NCBI RefSeq assembly: GCF_037042905.1 | Contig: NC_087245.1 | Span: 25,236,001 to 25,300,000, forward strand | Origin: Lytechinus pictus | Lineage: Eukaryota | Direction of reading: 5' to 3' | Length of the DNA: 64,000 nt | Part shown: positions 1 to 13,500 of the stretch, piece after piece | Layout of the letters: each line of letters opens with the position of its first letter | How positions within the stretch are numbered: the first letter of the stretch is position 1 | Notes under the pieces: generated by a model | Told to the model about the DNA's origin: nothing | Database searches by the model: none | What the model saw: only the letters and a program-made list of their open reading frames with translations | Program-made: the position numbers and the translations under genes

Positions 1-1574
1 TGTGACAACATTTCCAAGAATTTTATTAAGATTTTTGATTGGATATTTGGACTTGATAATCCTCATAATAGGGGTTCCAGGGATGTATGGTATGGATGTT
101 ATACAAAATTTTGTTTTCAATAATTTGCATAAAGGCAAATTCTTGGTATAAGTTCATGTGAGCTAGTTGAATTGTTGAATATCTATCTGCCAAAATGAGA
201 ATCTTGAATGTGTCCTTATTTCTTTAATACTCAAATAAATGAAAAAATACCTGATTTTATAATATTTCAGAACCTTAGTATTTCTCTTTTATTTTCCTTT
301 GTCCTTTGTCACTTTGTCACCTCATGTTCATTTCCTTATTAATATTATCATTTCCTTATTAATATTATCTTCCTTTCTGAGGTCATTCTTTTCTTGTGCT
401 TCCTGTGAGGTTATATTGAATCTAGTGAGTTCGTAGGATAGCTAGTAGAACAGCATAGTCATGTGGGAGGTAAACATCCTTTCATTCCTTTGACTTTATC
501 AACAAAAATGTAAAATTGTGATTCTTAGTACTAATGATTACTGAAAATGCAGGATATGGTTAAGTATTCTCATTTAATTCTAATAATTTTTCATTGTGAA
601 TTGTGATGTACATGTAGGCCAAATCTCACCACTATATAATGTACTTGGTAGGAAATTGTCCATGTGAAGAACAAAAATTTGTGTTGAAGTTCAAGTAACT
701 TCAAAGAAATTTGAGATTTCCATAAATGTATTCATTCTTCCTTTCATGAAAAGATCACAGCTCGTTATATTTTATGAAATTCTACACGACAAAATGAAAG
801 TTGGGGAGTATATTGGCCTAAAAAAGAACAAAAACAATGTTCCTGCATCAGTTGAAGTTTTATAGATGAAGGACAAAGTATATGAATTAATAACTGTTTG
901 TGAGAAAAAAAAAATCAAATGATAGGCCTATGTGTATTGCGCTTCCATCCTGTCTTTAACCTTTGAGTGGGTTGGAGTATTTGCATTAAGTTTCGTGGAA
1001 AGATAATCCAAAGGCCTATGTGAAATTCACAAGGTGTAACCCGGCCAGACTAACCTCTGCCTATATAGGTTGCCCAAGAGTTTATGGCATTTGGAAGGAA
1101 AAGCCAACGGCTTCCTTGCTGTCATCATCAATAACCTGCAATTAGATGAAATGATATTTCACCAAGGTGGATGCTGTCCTCTAAGTCTGGATGGGAATGA
1201 ACTTGATCGGCTTGCTCAAACCGTTTCCTCTCTTGTGAAACAAGGAAAGGACCTTGTTACCGAGCATTTTCCCCACTTGACACTTTCAAAAGTTTGTATG
1301 TACAGTGTGATGGAAAATTGAAGTTTCTTACTTGATATTGCAGCATTTATCATGCGATATGGGTGTTCGCTATACTCATCAAATCGTGATAATGAAATGA
1401 TAATATATGATGAAAAGTCACAATATGTCTGATCAGCAGAATCGCTTGAAGCATTACAAAAGTTTTTAAAATCCTATCTGTTTTCTTCTTACTTTTGTTG
1501 AATATTTTAAGGTATAATTTGATATGTCCATACACCCTCACAAGCAAACATTATTTTATCTGTAATCCCCCCAT

Positions 1575-1648
1575 CCCTATGCGCCTCGGAATAGTTAACT
1601 AGATAGATGGCGCATAATAAAGGTTGTTTATTATTATTATTATTATTA
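1575..1648 (+). mobile_element. SINE/LINE (L2/CR1-type) 3' tail remnant
   Basis: Stem-loop tatgcgcc...ggcgcata followed by aataaa-like sequence and a (TTA)n tail. Confidence 0.5.
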
Positions 1649-3840
1649 ATTGACCATATATACATTTTTACACCTTGACACCTTTCACTGTAAAGTCGTC
1701 ATTGTGCAATGCGCAATGCGCATAATTTATGTCCAAATCAGAAGTAAGCATGTAGTTTTGCAGAAACTTTTTTTTTCTTCAAAATGCTCATTTTTCAACG
1801 TTTTATGTTTGTGGTTTGAATTCTATCATTTTGTTGACCAACGAATGAATTAATCCATGGCAGGAACTGAACATCTTTGAAAACCATGTATTGGGGGTAA
1901 AAACTAAAGTGTCAGTTGTATACAGTGCTCACTAGATGACTCCATCCCCAGTGAGGGGATGATACGGACACCGTTGTCACAGTAACGGTGTACAGGGGTG
2001 ATAATACCAGACGAATCTACCCCCGGGATGCGATCATGTCTTTGTCTCCATTCTTATTAATTTTGAATGCTCTGACTCATTCAGCACGCATCCCTCAAGA
2101 TAACATCCCTGAATTATTGATGAATGGACTGCATCACCCATCTGCCGCCATTGTGCCAGATTATCACTAATTTCAGTCATAATTGGAGGAATTGCCGACC
2201 ATTAAGTAATAGAGGGGCATGGCAGCCATCGTTCCCAATGAATTACGTTTCTTAATGAATATTTTCTATGTTGGATGTGTAGTATTCTCTCATGGGTGGA
2301 TTAGTGGCTTGTGCAGATTAATTCTATTTCATCCTCCATTATAAAAATGGAATAATTGAATAGTCTGAATGAAATCACAGAGAATAGAGATCAAAGACAT
2401 TATGATATTGCATTTAAAAGAATATCCTCTGGAAGTGCTTTTTGTATCTTCCCTTCTTCGATTAACAGTCCATGCCCTTCCTCATAGACTCCTCTTTGAA
2501 TTGTTGTATTTGCAGTTACTCCCAATGCGAGAAAGTTAAACCACTTTTTACATTTCTTCAAATTTGTTCACACGATTGTCCCACACAAAACAAACATGAT
2601 TATTGTAATTGAGAAAAAAGCTTTCCAAGGTTTGCTTTCTCTACTGATCGTATCCTAAATTACCCAGCATCCAAGTGTTATAGCCTCCAATTAAATGCCT
2701 TATAAAAGGGGAACAAATGTAATTCATCAAAACTGAATATGAGCGATATTTGCCCACTGGCTCCAATTCCTGAAATATGTTTACCCTTCTCCAAACTACA
2801 GGAGCAGAGTGGTGATATCGAGTAGTTCTGGCCACTGCAATAGGTCTCCTTGCATTTTTTTTTATAAAAAACGTTCATTTTAGCTTGTTGTATATTGATT
2901 GGTTGACATTAAGTGAGGGCTCCAACACTGAGTCACTGTTTATTCATCCAGGCGTATGATATAACAGGATAGACTGCCGAAGATGATAAAGGATGGCGAT
3001 GCATGTCGTGCGCCCAATGAACCGAACGGGATGGGGATGATATTGCAGCCGAGCCATCGAAATGAGGAGATAGAAGGATGTAATATCCATCATTATCAAA
3101 GCTTTGAGGATTGCTACATCGATGATAGGCTTTTTTGAACTTCACTTTGCCAAAGATGTAGTATTTTTCTTTTTTAACTTTTATAGTCAGATTTAAAGCC
3201 CAGACTAAAGAATGATTTTTAGTTCAAACCTTTGTAGATGGTTAAGATTTTCATGTCAAAGATAATGCACCAAATAAGTAGATGCTAATCATCTTTTCTT
3301 CTTGTTACATTGCAAAATTTATTGTGAAGACTTTTTTCACAGGAATATTGAAGTAATTTGTAAATTTTGTACCCAATGGATAAGAGGGTATGTAGTTCAC
3401 TCTTTCCTTCATCTGCAGGCATTTTTTTTTGCAGGCTCAAACCGTTGGTTTTCGCAATTCGAATAGTGCGTAATGCAGAGTCTGAAGTAATGAGACTAGA
3501 TTGATCATGTACTGTGGATGGCAGCCTTTGGCGTCTAGTCTTTACTCTCGACCCATTATTGGTTAAAGTGTCAAATATGAGTCTGTGCCTGCAGACTAAG
3601 GCATTTTGGTGATATTAATGTTATATACTTCCAAAATATTTTGGACACAATTCTTGAATGGAGATTTAGAGTTTGAAGAAAAATGCAATATCTTTAATAC
3701 ACATTGTGTTATATTTTCTTGCTTTTGTTTACTTTTGGCTGGTATATACATTTTCATATCATAGCATTGCATGGTATTGACAACAGCATTTCCCCCCTCT
3801 TTCAAAGGAGTTACTGATTTCAGGGTTTAGGAAGGATTAG

Positions 3841-4652
3841 GGCTGCGTTTATGCGACCTCAAGCCAGAATCATGATTTGAATCATGATTCAAAACACAAA
3901 CATGAATCACAATATCACAGAATCAGCGTTTAGACGACCTTCATTCCAATGCTGTTTCTCCTCAGATTCGGGCCAATCCAGTGCGCATCACTAGTGCGCA
4001 GTTTGACAGAGGAAGTTTTTCGCACGTGTTTCGGCTCTCGAAAATTATTTTGCTTCCATCAGAATTCAGTCTATACCTCATTTTGTTTACTTCTATCATA
4101 AAGGGTCCATATGCTTCTATTCATCTTGTTAGTTTATCCAAAATGGTGTTCGGAAGTGAATTTCAGCGTAGATCCAATTTGATATTGATACTGTATACTC
4201 AACAACAACTGAGATCATTGTCTGTCCAGTTAATTCATTTACTAGAACTTGAAGTTGAAGACATGACCAAAAAATGAAAAGTAGTGGACGATGCGATGAC
4301 CAACACAGAACTTGAACATGACAAGAAATGCATTCATAGTACATAGTCATGTACATACAATGAGCATATAGAGCGCCTTGAGCTTGGCAAGAGTCAAACC
4401 GAAAGTAGCCCGACACAACAGTGAGGTCATATAATCATGATTGTAATCACGATATCGTTTATTCGAACATTTTCGTACTTGATTCTGCAGAAACGTCTTT
4501 CCAAACGCCCCTTTTTTGTGTTTCATGTTTGTGATTCTAATCATGATTATATTCAATTTCGACTAAACGCAATCGTGATTCTGCAGAATCATGATTTGAA
4601 TCATGATTCAAATCATGATTCTAGGGTAAAAAAGTGGCGGATAAACGCACCC
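3841..4652. mobile_element. PIF/Harbinger-like non-autonomous DNA transposon (MITE, 812 bp)
   Basis: TIRs GGCTGCGTTTAT / ATAAACGCACCC (11/12 match), 3-bp TSD TAG (3838-3840 and 4653-4655), and subterminal arrays of palindromic AATCATGATT. Confidence 0.85.
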
Positions 4653-6136
4653 TAGAAAGAACCTGTAACACTGGGTTTATACTGAACAATAACACTATCC
4701 ATGAAATTGAGGTCACCAAAATACACATTGTCATATCCTGCACTAGGATAATGTAGATGGTGTAAGGCATTCTATTGAGGTGCATTCACATTGCTGATTT
4801 GTTTTTTCACCGTATCTGTTGTAAAATATGAAAAATGAAATAGAATTTATTAAACTCCAATGAGAAACTATATTTTGATATCAAAACTCAAGTTCAGCAA
4901 ACCACAGTGCATGGCATGTTTCGATGAGTCATTTTGCAGAATGTCAGCCCTGGGAAGTTGTTTCCTTTATCAATTTTTCCCCCTCTATTGAACTATGAGA
5001 ATTATTATCTGCAAAAACAATAGAACACATTACAAGTCATCTATTAATATTGTGATATCAATTGGTTAATGATATGAAATTAGAACATCACAAAATGAAT
5101 ACATGTAACTTGAAGCAAATAAGAATTCTAATAATTTGATTAGGAAAAATGCTTTTGATAGAGGAATAAAAAAATCACTTTCATGGGCTGAAATTCTTAA
5201 ATTAACTATTATGTACATATGCGGTATGCTGAACTTTAGTTTTGATATCCAAATTTACTTTCACATTGTAGTTAAATATAGATATTGTGATATGCCTATG
5301 TATATTTCAACAAGTTTCTCAACACACTTAAGAGTGAACAGAATGAAGAAAAAACAATAACTAAGATTTTTACTTTCATGTTTTTAATGTCCCCATAGTC
5401 TTCATTATTTATTACCTTGTACAGATATAATTGTTTTCAAGTAAGTTTAATAAGGGCAAACCACAGAGTCCAAAGTTTACTTCCTTTGGCCGTGCTGGTT
5501 AAGTGTCATCATGAATGCCTTATCACTGATGACCAGTTTACACCAGAGTGTTATCAGCTCTTTATTATGGTTTTACAGGAAAATATAGAAATTAAGACCT
5601 CGTAATCATACAGCAAAAGGAATTCAAACCTATTAATAGCTTTACTGCAAAAAGAAAATAAATTTTAGTTGTGAAACAGTTGACATGGCAACTAATGAAT
5701 TATCAGAGTTCTTTTGACATGAAACTGTCCATTTTGATCTCATAATATATAAATTTACTACTTATTAAAAAAAAATAAAATGTTATGAAAAACTTATTTC
5801 ACAATGCAATATAATCACAAATAAACACGTACAAATGTATACTCACAGTAACTATGCAATATGTCTGACTAATCTAAATAGGGATAAGAGAACAAGATGT
5901 GATGTGTTGTGCTTTGCCCTAGTAACCTCCATGTAATTTAATGTTTAAAGGTTGAATTTGAAGAATGAAGGACAACAAACTTTAGTTCATATTTTGAGGA
6001 AGGTTATAGGAAGGCATTACCTAATAGATGTAGGCCTAAGTTTTGTTGACAGCTCTTATTATATCAAATATGTGCTCTGCCTTAAAAAATCTTATCAATT
6101 TTTTCAGTATATAAAGGCATTAATCCTCATTACCAG

Positions 6137-6196
6137 GTTTCTTGGAGATGACTTCTGGTCCTCTGGTTGCTTGCTTACAAGCATTCATACTTTCAG
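6137..6196 (+). CDS. Candidate upstream exon (60 nt, phase-1 donor), possibly carrying the start codon: MTSGPLVACLQAFILS
   Basis: Acceptor cattaccag|G and donor CAG|gtaaaa. ATG at 6148 reads in frame into the phase-1 acceptor at 30150. There is no homology support. Confidence 0.35.
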
Positions 6197-7349
6197 GTAA
6201 AAAACATATTACTATCGCACTATACTTAAAATTATTTTTACACTATGCTGTAAAACTACATGTACGTTATAACATTGTTTTGATAGGTTATGGATTCAAA
6301 GTAATATTTTGATCTTTCTACCACTCTGTTTTGATAAGATAAACCTTACTGTGAAATTTCGCATTTATTATCTGAAATATTTACAAGTTAAAATGGAAAA
6401 TGCAAAATCCAATATCCATACTGCAAACAGAAGAATCGGCAGAATTTACTGAGATAGGAGCAAAAAGGAACCACGGGAAGCCAAATATTTAAAATATTTG
6501 CATCATTTTTGATAAAGCAATATCAAACACACAAATCAATAGATTTCATTGGTCTGTCCTCTGACTTATGCACTTCAACAATAATCTGACGAATGCCTGC
6601 ATATTTCTGCATTATATTGTATATTGGGACATTGTCCATGTGTAATGACAAGTGCCATTATTCAACTTCATTGGATTTGATATTTACTCAAAGAGAGTAT
6701 TAAATGGGTTTCAATTTTATGAATGATGGAAAATGCAAAACATAATAGCTAGAACTTTTGCACAGGTTGATTACAATTGTGAAAATTCTGTGTTTGCACA
6801 GGGGTTTATCATACCATTAGTACTGTATATGTCTAATAAGTAAGGAATGGTTTTTACTGATATTGGATGCACAATGGCAACTGTTTCTATGCTCAATGCT
6901 CAGTATTCAGAGTTCATAGCCATGAGTCAAGTTTGTTTGCACTCATTGTCCATCTAGGGTTATCTATGTCTTTAAGTTTAACGTTCAAATTTAAGTTTAT
7001 CTGAATTGACTTCCATGTGAACCCAACTCTTATTGATTGTAATTTTTCAATGCAATGAGTGATATATTAAATATCAAACAAGATGCAGTTTCAGGAGGGA
7101 GTTCAAACTGTTTGGAAAGTTGAATTACGACACCCAAACTTATGAAACAAGTTATAGTTTGTACCATCTCTGGTCAAAGATAGCATATACACACACTCTT
7201 AGTTCAAGATAATTAAGATTTTCACTCATTTCTAGAAAATGTTAGTGCTGGAATTATTTGACTGTTTTATGAATGAATAAATATTCAGAAAATTTTGATG
7301 TTTATTGACAAATATTTTGCTGTACTATTACTAGCACTACTACAACCAT

Positions 7350-7424
7350 TATAACACCACTCCCACCACCACCACCACAGCCACTACTACTATAGCAACA
7401 ACAGTAAAAATAACAATAACAACA

Positions 7425-7504
<80 letters not shown>

Positions 7505-7706
7505 TGCTACTGCTACTGCTACTACTACTACTACTACTGCTACTGCTACTGCTACTACTACTTCTACTACTACTTCTGCTACTGCTGCTGCTACTGCTAC
7601 TACTACTACTAATACTACTACTACTACTACCACTACTACTACTACTACTACCACTACTACTCCTACTTCTACTACTTCTAGGCCTAATACTTGAATTTCT
7701 ACTACT
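7350..7706. repeat. Compound trinucleotide microsatellite, mainly (CTA)n with CTG/CCA/ACA variants
   Basis: Directly visible ctactacta array. Confidence 0.95.
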
Positions 7707-8522
7707 TCTTTTAGTGTATATAAATGCAAAGTATAGAAATGTAAAGTTAATGAAAATGTGCTTGGTGCACTTCTAAGTCATTGACCAAATTTTGTGGTTT
7801 ATGAATAGTGAAAACCCAAACTAGCAACTCAATTTTTGTTTATCAATAATAAAGCAAAAAAGTAAGCTATTAGGCACTCATAATAGGTTTAGCATACTGC
7901 GTTATAGATTTATTGATCTTATTATGAAGTCAAAGTGCTATTGACTTTGGTTTTTGATAATAATCGTGAACAAAGATCTCCCAAGTTCACACATGCTTCT
8001 CAAACTTTGATCCGATCTGGGTAGGGATTTTGCACGTACAGTTTTTCTCATTTTGAATTGGATGGTTACGGAGAAATAAACTTATCTCTGGATTTGCAGC
8101 ATAAAAATTAGGTGCCTGTGAGTATCCAACCAACGTTACTTGATTGTATTTTTGTCAATCATTTTCTTTTTATGTGATATCTTTTTTTATTGCTGATCAC
8201 CCAAACATGCATGTAGCACATGTGAAATTTTGTGGATTGAAAGTTATTATTCAAGACAAATTAACTGAAGTTGTAATTTCTCTATTGATTTTAAGAATTC
8301 TACTATGTACACATACGTACATGTACATGTATTATGTGTTCCACTAAAAATGTAAAATTTATTATAATTATTCACCTACAAGGCTGTTGATTTTTAATGT
8401 CAACCTGGTTCTCAGGAAAGCTTTATGTAATAATTATTCAATTATATCTGATTAATTAATATTTATATTTGTAAGGGAACTCGGAAAGAGATATTTAAGT
8501 GGCACTTCTGTGTGGTGCGTAT

Positions 8523-8622
8523 TCATCATCACCACCACCATCATCATCCTTATCACTATCTTCATCATCATCATCATCGCCATCTTCATCATCATGGATA
8601 ACAACAACAATACCAACATCAA
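8523..8622. repeat. Imperfect (CAT)n/(CAA)n microsatellite
   Basis: Directly visible. Confidence 0.85.
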
Positions 8623-9732
8623 CATTGTCTAAAATCATCTTGAGCAAAACTTTTCCCCCTTTCTTGTGGCGAAATCATTTTGATACGATATTTCCACCCC
8701 AAGACTTCAAAGTGCAGAATTGTCTATTTAACCTCTAAAGAACGATTAAAATCCTACATGGCTACAAGAGAAATGGTATTAACACCAGCTATACATATAA
8801 TCTACATACTGTACCGTATATCGTCTTGTATATATTCCCATCATCCCTTTTGTACCCCTCATCTCCACTTTCTGGGGGCTATTTTTGGAGCCGCATTTGA
8901 CTTGCAAAAATTTTGAGTGGCTCTGGAGAATATCAGCAAGTTGCCCTGGGCATTTTTAGTAAGGTTGGTTGCGTTTTCAAGTTCATTGCATAAAGATGCA
9001 TTGGAATTGAAAGTCCCTTTTCACCTCCCTGGTCTTAGCTTTAACCCTCTGCAACCTGGTGCAAGATATGGATGGACTTTAATTACCTTGAACTTAATTT
9101 CCACAAGCGTGACAAGAATAAGGTTAGGGTTAGGAGTATGATGGGTATGAAGTTCTAGATTTCGAATTTGTTTCGGAAATATTATAATGTGTCTTACAAC
9201 CCAAGGTGAAATGAAATCTGGTACAGTTAATCAATTGAATACTGTATTTTGTAATTCCCATGAGCTTAGTACATGGATCACCTGGTTCCAGTAGGCAATG
9301 GGTTAATAGTACATGGTTTAATCCAGTCGTGGCGGTTATGGGTTTGATCAAGAATGGTAGTACTCTGCATTTGAAACTATATTGCTTGGGTTTGAGTGAG
9401 TTAATCAGCCGTACATCCAATGTGTGAAGCTGTTTGGGAAGGGCATGCAATCCAAGGTTGATGGCTCAAGGAGATGGAGGGTGTAAAATCATGTAGAGTG
9501 CTTTCACACATTCATTATGGTTGAATTGTAATGGAAGATTAATAGCTTTTCACCTGGTCTTGATAATTCTGGATGGCTTCTCAGCTGATGTAGTCTCGGG
9601 AAGTTGATGGATAACAATGTTATGAAAGTAAGAAAGAAGGCCTATATCTTCGACATGGATGTACCTGCACAGATAGCACTATTCCCTGATTCGGGTTTAG
9701 ATAAACTGACATTAATTTTGATATTTAATTAA

Positions 9733-10323
9733 AGGAAAAGTCCACCCCAACAAAAAGTTGATTTGAATAAAAAGAAAAAATTCCAACAAGCATAACACTG
9801 AAAATTTCATCAAAATCGGATGTAAAATAAGAAAGTTATGACATTTTAAAGTTTTGCTTAATTTCACAAAACAGTTATATGCACACCCTGGCTGGTATGC
9901 AAATGAGGAGATTATGACGTCATCCACTCACCATTTCTTTTGTATTTTATTATATGAAATATGAAATATTCTAATTTTCTCCTCATTGTCAAGTGATATA
10001 ACGATTAATTCCTCCCTGAACATGTGGAATTAGCATTGTTTGATACTATGTGGTTCAGTCAAGTTGGTCCTTATTGTTAAATCTATAAAAAATGAAATAT
10101 TGTATAATTCAAACAATAAAAAACAAAAAAAATAGTGAGTGATGGACATCATTGACTGAGTCACCTAGTTGTGCATATCACTGTTTTGTGAAAAATAAGC
10201 GAAACTTTGAAATGTCATAACTTTCTTATTTTACATCCGATTTTGATGAAATTTTCAGCACTATGCTAGTTTGATTTTTCTCTATTTATTCAAGTCAGCA
10301 TTTTCCTGGGGTGGACTTGACCT
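9733..10323. mobile_element. Kolobok-like non-autonomous DNA transposon, full-length copy (591 bp)
   Basis: TTAA|AGG...CCT|TTAA termini with long imperfect TIRs of more than 150 bp (e.g. aaaatcggatgtaaaataagaaagttatgacattt / aaatgtcataactttcttattttacatccgatttt). Three more copies occur in the window. Confidence 0.85.
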
Positions 10324-10380
10324 TTAAGTTTTACAAATAAAGATTGTATAGATTAACTTCAACATTACTTTTCACTAATT

Positions 10381-10529
10381 ATGCATATTGAAGCCAACTT
10401 TGAATTTGATCTGTCAAACGGTTCGCTTGTTATGAGAATAAAATCTGGCAGGAGCTACGGACGTACAGACAGACGGCCGCAAACGGAATGCCTTTGACAC
10501 ATCATCTTTGGTGGGCAGAGGCATAAAAA
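10381..10529 (+). mobile_element. Helentron/HINE-like 3' end fragment
   Basis: A short tetranucleotide tract acggacgtacagacagacgg, then atgcct...aggcat inverted repeat and a terminal aaaaa. This layout is typical of HINE/pearl-like elements. Confidence 0.5.
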
Positions 10530-13500
10530 TTCACAAGGAGAATTCAAATAGTAATATTCAGTGTCCCAAAGGAGGTTGTGCTCATTATGAATGGAAACCA
10601 AGAAATTGTTTGCCCTTCATTAAGTTGCATGGAGTACTTGTGTCTCCATGTTTCTGTTGTGTGGAAGAATAATTATGTCCTGGGTAATTTATGAGGTTTG
10701 TCTAATGGTCAAGTTTATTAGCAAAGGCCCTGGTTCGCTTGCCATTCAATTTATATGCCATAATTTAATGAGCCGTTCTTCCGTTAACTGTGCAGTGTCT
10801 TGATAACAAGCAATTACTTCTTTTACGACCAAGGACAGATTTTATAATGTTCATTAGTGTGAGTGATACTAATCTTGACCCCATAAAATTATAATTCTTC
10901 TTGATAACTGTTACCATCATCGCTGTCATCATCATCATCATCAACGTCGTCATCGTCATCATTATCATCAATATTGTGTTTGTCATTCTCACTTCTAAGA
11001 TTGATCTTAAATGATTTTGGTCTGGGATTTTTCTATTTGTCTCGTTGATCTTTTTTCTTCTTTCATTTCCTATATACCTTTGGAAAAACATTGTCTCTTC
11101 CTTTGTTAATTGCTCCCCGGCATCTAAAGCTACATTAGATTTATTCACCTCTGGATTCAAACCATCACAGACATTTGCCAATCTTCCATATTTGAAATAG
11201 AATCCAGCCCTCAATTTGTCCTGATAAGGTCACAATTAAGATCCAGATTTCCTAATTACTCCCTCTAGTAAAGATTGTCAATGTCTAGCCGCCCTATCAA
11301 TGTGTTAGTCTGCAAGTTCAGACTGTTTGAAAATGAGAATGATTGAATTACAGATTCTTGGCCAGTAATTTATGTTTGTTTGAACACTGATGAATACAGA
11401 TATACCTTTAATTTGTTGATCGTTTCCCTCTCCTTGTTTTCATAAATATAGTTTAAATGTTATAGTGCTGCTGCAATGGTTAATTCAGAGTCCTCAGTTC
11501 AGAGACTGCTTCAGTAGACTTACTCCAAATGATAAATAGTTTTCTTCCCGTGTACAATCTTGAGGCTTCATAGCAAGGGACTAATGAATAATTTCCTTTT
11601 TGTTCTTGTATGAAGGGTGATTTCAGGTATGTTTTCACATTGTCATCTGTCCTTCTATGGAATAATTCTTGCTACAATATCTTTGTAGTTGATGAAGATT
11701 AATTACAATAATGATGTTGCCAGCTCCAAAATGGACATGCGGCACCAATAATCATGCATATTTCTAGAATTTTTCTTCCTCAGAAAAGAATATGAATATA
11801 GAATAATGATAATTCATAGAATAGTATGAAATACATAGAAATTCATGTTCAGCTTATCTGTAAATCTGAATTACTTATTTTGATGTATACATTTTTGGGG
11901 AAGAAATGCTATGATTTTGAAAACTTAAGTTGAAATTGATTCATATTAAATTTAATCAGGAAATGTCTGAGTAGCCATGGATATAAATGATACATAACAT
12001 CCATTCTTGTACTGGAATGATGTTGATATATAAAAAAAGATGACTCTGACCAACCAAAAGGGGCCTGTTGTAGATAGAATTGTAATCAATCACAACTGCA
12101 AAAATCAAACACAACCTGATTATCAACCAATCATAAGCACACATACATGTTTGGAATTAGGACTTGCGCTTGATTTGATAATTCTTTCTGCAACAGATGT
12201 ATCTTTCATATACCAGCAGAAGGATCATCCATTTGATGTTAACCTGAGCGTTTTACATGAGTGCGAACAGGGCAGCGACCCCGTAATCATAATAACAGGT
12301 TAATTGCACTTTGATTGGGGGTTTATTGATGGGTAGAACAGCAGTGGACAATCAGGTATCTGTTGTAGAGGTGTAAGTTTGTATTAGGTTATTAGAATTT
12401 TGATGGGTGTATTGTTTTGGTTGAGGTCACTGAGATGGGGTGGGGTGGTAGGGAGGGGGGGGGGGGGGGAGACGGACAAGGTATCCCTCCCCTATTGGCT
12501 CACGAGGTAATAGTATTGTTGCTTTATAAGAAATGATATGACTTGTGTAGGGATTGATTTTCCACTCTTCTTCAGGAATCACCCCTTGTTGTGATAGAAC
12601 ATCCCTCATTTATATTCACCCTTTTCATACTTACTTCCAATCCTTCATGTACAGCTCTCTCTTACACATTAACTGCTGTGCACTCCTCACACAAGGTTCT
12701 TTTGTATTAAATCACTCCGCCATCCATCAATCATACAGCTTTCTTCATTCATCTTTCTCTCTTTCCACCTCTCCCTTTCTGATTGGTTATAATGTTTAGT
12801 AGATGCAGTCAAGCTTAGATCATAATTTGCATATAGTTTGAATATCTTTTGTTTGTATATTTGAATATTCAGTTATACTTTGTAATATTAATTTGCATTT
12901 ATATGAATATGGATGTGCCTTAACTAATTTGCATGGAATGTTGCCTAGAATGCAACAAGGCTTTGAGTGATTTAAAAAATCTGGGAGTTGGCCAGTAAGT
13001 TCTCAACATGATAACCTGTCTACTGGGCTGTCTCTGTGTTAAGAGTACCAGGATTGTGAAATTGTCAGAACCCCGATACTACACTGGTGGCAGTGATGTG
13101 AGGGATAGTCTAGTTTGTAGGGATTGATTTTGTAATTATACAAATTATACAATTCCACTCTTATTCAGGAATCACCTGAACTTGGTGTGCTTTTAATGAA
13201 TTATGTGTAAGATAAGGAAACATAAGGTTAGAAGATATCAATATGAAGAAGGGCCTATAATTTTATAAAACTTCGAAATTTATTTGAACTTATATAATTC
13301 TGATCTATTTCATAGCTGTATAGCTGACTATACTGCTTCTAATGTTTCCAAATGGTAATGTTTGTCCCAATGAGTGTCTTTAAAGGGCTGTAGGAATTGA
13401 ACACATCTTTATTCATGTTAGTGGACTTACAATTCCTTGGATGGGAATATAAACTAAAAATGTTTGATTTTCAGCTTAAGCCTTTCTTATGTTTACCAGA

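Noticed and set aside
3981..4655. Several 69-98 aa ORFs inside the 3841 element
   Set aside because: They are short, overlapping and have no recognisable transposase or Myb motifs. The element appears non-autonomous.
7349..7729. 126-aa poly-Val ORF on the minus strand
   Set aside because: It is the translation of a (CTA)n microsatellite.
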